This document shows, piece by piece, positions 60,635-64,000 of a stretch of 64,000 bases of DNA. A program made the translations under genes and the position numbers. A model generated the notes under the pieces. The model saw only the letters and a program-made list of their open reading frames with translations, ran no database searches and was not told the origin of the DNA. Source of the stretch: Patescibacteria group bacterium (lineage in GTDB: Bacteria; Patescibacteriota; Microgenomatia; UBA8517); assembly GCA_026416845.1 (NCBI GenBank), contig JAOAEL010000003.1:78047-142046 (forward strand), written 5' to 3'. The stretch's first letter is position 1, and every line of letters begins with the position of its first letter.

Positions 60635-60991
60635 ATGGATACTGAAGAATATAGGAAAAAGATTGAGCTAAAGATACTTGAGATTATGGAGCAAAAATTG
60701 AAAGATGGAAAAATGAATGCTCAAAGAGCAAAAGAAATTGCTAAATATGTCCTAAACACTCTTCGTCCTTACATGAACTTAAGTCAAATTCATGCCGTAG
60801 TGCAGGAGTTTGACGATCGTTTTCCAGAATTAGTGCCTGTGGTTTTAGAAGTATCAAGAAACTACGAAGAACAAATAAAGGAAGTGGTGCTTAGGCATGC
60901 AAGCAGACTTTTGAAGCAAGGGAAATTAGATGAAGCAAATTGCATTCTTAAACAAGCTACAAATAAACAAAGCAAACTGAGGATAGTATGA
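60635..60991 (+). CDS. Small helical hypothetical protein, translationally coupled to the next gene
   Basis: Open frame MDTEEYRKK...; ATGA overlap at 60988-60991. Confidence 0.75.
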   Translation: MDTEEYRKKIELKILEIMEQKLKDGKMNAQRAKEIAKYVLNTLRPYMNLSQIHAVVQEFDDRFPELVPVVLEVSRNYEEQIKEVVLRHASRLLKQGKLDEANCILKQATNKQSKLRIV

Positions 60992-63258
60992 CAGACAGAT
61001 TGCCAAGTTCTGAGTTATCAGAGGTTGCAACATCCGAAACATATAAACCAGTAGAAGTAGAATTTTCAGAGATCCAAAGCATAGGTCAAACAGAAAAGGC
61101 AATGGTTGCAAGGATTGATCAAGATGGAGACCCTGATTTGGTATTTCAAGATTTAGTAGAAATGGAGACAAAAGTGGTTAACCCAGCGAGTAAAGAATTT
61201 ACTTCGGATGCAATTCCCGCTGGTGAAGAATCAGGGCAATGTCAACAAGGTGGTGCAGAAATTGAAACTAAATGTCCAGTCACTTGGAAAGAGATCTTTC
61301 AAACTAAGACAGGAAAAGAATTTCAAAATGCAATGATGGGAATTGGTCCTGATGGAAAACAGGATGTTATAAAAGGCCGGATAAATAGGGATTATTCGAT
61401 GAGGGAGTTTGTAAGAAGGCACCCACGGGAAGCTTTGCAGTATATGGAAATTTTCCAAAGAGAATATGGGGTACCACACTATGATTTGCAAAAAGCTATA
61501 CAACAAGTGGCAGAGCTTGAACAAAATCCTTTTCAAGTTTCTCAAGAAGACCCAAAATATGCTGAATTACCTGATCAAATGGAACAAGACGCTAGATATA
61601 TTGAATTGCGAAATCAATTATATAATGATCATAAAGTTAAAGTTTTTGGCACAACAGACTTTCGTGACATCCCGCTTGAGAGATTTATTGATTTAGTAAG
61701 TTTAGATTCGAATATTCTTTACTCAGTGGATGCAGAAGCAGAGAAGGTGTTTCGTGAAACTTATCCCGATGTGGCAAGATTATATGATGAAAGAGAAAGT
61801 AAAAGAGTTTATCGTGATCCTGATGGGCTAATAAATATAGACAGAGATCCACTTTTTCTCAAAATGTTGGAACCAAACAGTCATGGTGAGGTTTGGACTC
61901 GTGAAGAAGCAATGAGGCGATTTGCACTAATGTATCCAGATAAAGCTAAATTCTATGCTGAAAGATACACTGAATTGCGACCATACTTAGAGAATCAAAC
62001 TGAGTTTGCTGGAAAAAATTTGGCAGAGACTTTTGTTACGACCCAAAATGTTGTTGGTGATAATCTAGCGCAGGCTGAAAACTTTAACCTTGAGGTAGTT
62101 GCTATTAACACTCTAGCGCAATCTGTGTTAGAAAGATTGCAAGAAGCTGGTGTTGAAGCAAGAATTATACAAATTGTAAATGCGGGTGAATTTACTGAAG
62201 CAGTTATTCTTCCTAAAAAAGAAATTTTTACGGAAAAAATGGTTCGGGTTTATCGTGGAGTAAATCAATTAGACGCTTCTTTGCTAAAACAAGTACCATA
62301 CGCTATGCGTGCTGAAGGTGAAAATGAAACAGGTTCAGTTGTCTTGGACAATTTAAGACAAGAAGTTGCTGTTCTAGCAAATGAACCAACTTATGAAAAT
62401 TTGATAAAGTATGTGAATAAAGCTAAATCTCAGATGAACGAAATTCAAAGAACCAAACTTGATAGAGACTTGGCAGAGATTGAAAGTGGCATACTAAAAG
62501 GAAATAGTGTTAGAACTGAACTTATTTATCATCAGATTGGACACAATGGAGGATTTTTTGATAGTGGAATAAGTCCTTATTTATCAGTGTCTTGGAGTCC
62601 AAGTGAGGCATTAGAATATGCAGGTCTAAATGGTGCAATACTTGTTATTGATGTTCCTATATCCCAAATAGAAGACTTTGGAGATAATTGCACAGAAACG
62701 AATTTGAAGGGTGTATTAGATCCAAATAATATTACAGCCATTATTCCAATAAATGGAGTTAATAAAGGAGATCCGCAAACAACTGAACAAGCAATTAATA
62801 ATGCTTTACGAGCTATTTCTGAGGCAACAAATGTTCCAGTATATGATTCTGAAGAAACTCAAACAGTTCGTACCCAACAACATGTTGCAAATAAAGAAAA
62901 AGATAAAAAGCAATGGGAAATTGATGTCCAGATGGTTCGACTAAAAAGAACAGATAATTTAATGCATCTTTTCCCTGAAGTTGGTTTAGATTTTCAAACC
63001 ATTCAACAGTGGGCTATGGAAGCAGAAATTGATATTTATACTACCGCAAAAATCCACATTTTTGATTTCTACGCAGAAAAATTTAGAAAACTAGGTCGTG
63101 GAGGAATGGATGTCTCGGACTACAATTATTTTTCTGAATCTGAATATGGCGCACAAAAAAATTTTGATAGAAATAAAATAACTGATGAAATGTTAATCAA
63201 ACTTCGAGATATGGTGCAAAGACAAGAACAGAGATTGCAAAAGAAATCACAGAATTAA
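60988..63258 (+). CDS. Large hypothetical protein with a putative ADP-ribosyltransferase-like (R-S-E) domain
   Basis: VRVYRGV ... SPYLSVSWSPSEALEYA ... ILVIDVP ... TETNLKG. Confidence 0.6.
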   Translation: MTDRLPSSELSEVATSETYKPVEVEFSEIQSIGQTEKAMVARIDQDGDPDLVFQDLVEMETKVVNPASKEFTSDAIPAGEESGQCQQGGAEIETKCPVTWKEIFQTKTGKEFQNAMMGIGPDGKQDVIKGRINRDYSMREFVRRHPREALQYMEIFQREYGVPHYDLQKAIQQVAELEQNPFQVSQEDPKYAELPDQMEQDARYIELRNQLYNDHKVKVFGTTDFRDIPLERFIDLVSLDSNILYSVDAEAEKVFRETYPDVARLYDERESKRVYRDPDGLINIDRDPLFLKMLEPNSHGEVWTREEAMRRFALMYPDKAKFYAERYTELRPYLENQTEFAGKNLAETFVTTQNVVGDNLAQAENFNLEVVAINTLAQSVLERLQEAGVEARIIQIVNAGEFTEAVILPKKEIFTEKMVRVYRGVNQLDASLLKQVPYAMRAEGENETGSVVLDNLRQEVAVLANEPTYENLIKYVNKAKSQMNEIQRTKLDRDLAEIESGILKGNSVRTELIYHQIGHNGGFFDSGISPYLSVSWSPSEALEYAGLNGAILVIDVPISQIEDFGDNCTETNLKGVLDPNNITAIIPINGVNKGDPQTTEQAINNALRAISEATNVPVYDSEETQTVRTQQHVANKEKDKKQWEIDVQMVRLKRTDNLMHLFPEVGLDFQTIQQWAMEAEIDIYTTAKIHIFDFYAEKFRKLGRGGMDVSDYNYFSESEYGAQKNFDRNKITDEMLIKLRDMVQRQEQRLQKKSQN

Positions 63259-63443
63259 ATACAGGCTATCCAAATAGTTAAACCCTGTTAATGTACATAG
63301 AAAATAGGTTTGTAATGTTGCATTTAAGTCGCTATTTATGTAATTTTTAAGTTTGCTCTAAAGTCTAGAATGTAAGTTTTCTGATAGAACTTTTAGCAGT
63401 CAAAAAATAAATTAAGCTTTAAAAAATGTCTAGCAATAAAAAT

Positions 63444-64000
63444 ATGAAAAAAATTATTTTGGATGTAGGTTCCTCGACTATTAAAGTTTATAAATATTCA
63501 GGGAAGAAATTAAATCTATTGTTGCAACGTTCTATCTTTTTCAAAGAAAATTTTGATCCCGAAGGAGGGATTTCGCCAGAATCTAAAAAAGAACTTTTTG
63601 AGCTTTTAGATTCGATCAAGGATCAAAACAAAAACACTTTTATAAAAATTTATGCCACCGGAATTTTTAGAAAATTGGCACCCTCAACCAAAATTGCCTT
63701 TGTGGACGAAGTCTTTTTAAGAACAGGTTTGTATTTCAACATTATCAGCCAAGATTTAGAAAACTTTTATTTGGAAAAAGCCTTAATAGGAAGGTGTAAC
63801 TTAAAAGAACCAGTTTTACTTATTAACATCGGCGGAGCATCTACTGAGCTTGTTGTAATGTATGGCAATGAAGCAGTTGAAAGAAAAAATTTAGATGTAG
63901 GAGTTGCTAATGTTTTAACCGATTTTCCTCAAATTAATGATAAGGTATCTAAAGTGAGCATAGATGAAATCTTAAAATTTATTAATGCCAAAATACCACA
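63444..64000 (+). CDS. Ppx/GppA-like ASKHA phosphatase; runs off the window
   Basis: Hand translation MKKIILDVGSSTIK...IYATGIFRK...IISQDLE...LINIGGASTEL; an alternative in-frame ATG lies at 63426. Confidence 0.82.
   Translation, partial: MKKIILDVGSSTIKVYKYSGKKLNLLLQRSIFFKENFDPEGGISPESKKELFELLDSIKDQNKNTFIKIYATGIFRKLAPSTKIAFVDEVFLRTGLYFNIISQDLENFYLEKALIGRCNLKEPVLLINIGGASTELVVMYGNEAVERKNLDVGVANVLTDFPQINDKVSKVSIDEILKFINAKIP

Noticed and set aside
2989-62944. Numerous 60-120 aa ORFs overlapping identified genes
   Set aside because: Shadow frames with no motifs, lying within well-supported CDSs.
1-64000. CRISPR array, rRNA, IS/transposase or prophage genes
   Set aside because: No regularly spaced repeats, rRNA-like segments, or transposase, integrase or phage structural motifs were seen.
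1-64000. Alternative genetic code 25 (UGA=Gly) as in Gracilibacteria/Absconditabacteria
   Set aside because: Core genes are full length under code 11, and dnaA, dnaN, dnaG and rpoD end properly at TGA.
53470-64000. attR duplicate of the tRNA-Asn 3' end
   Set aside because: No copy was found in the window, so island boundaries and mobility are unproven.

Overview
AT-rich bacterial chromosome segment, most consistent with a Patescibacteria/CPR (Microgenomates-like) genome using genetic code 11; the taxonomy is inferred from gene content. It spans the replication origin: rplY-rnhA-jag-yidC-yidD-rnpA-rpmH <> dnaA-oriC-dnaN, with DnaA boxes, a DnaA-trio tract and a visible strand-composition switch near 16 kb. 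Left of the origin are a membrane-anchored solute-binding protein, a VanW-family gene, tsaD, a frameshifted tsaC and valS, which has a probable non-canonical T-box leader. Right of the origin is a ~17 kb T4SS/conjugation-like cluster (pilin, large adhesin-like protein, VirB6-like, PrgI, VirB4-like, a J-domain/M23 fusion, a PEGA protein). An accessory region follows, carrying two diverged copies of an unexplained two-gene cassette (small TGC/GxIYGxEA protein + class I isoprenoid-synthase-fold enzyme). After it come htpX, a CPA1 antiporter, dnaG-rpoD, a 22-residue-repeat amphipathic protein and tRNA-Asn. The window ends in a partly decayed island with a cytidine deaminase, a PaaK-like ligase, a GT9, a NUDIX protein, an ART-like protein and a Ppx/GppA-like gene. 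All calls come from motif recognition by eye; no searches were run.
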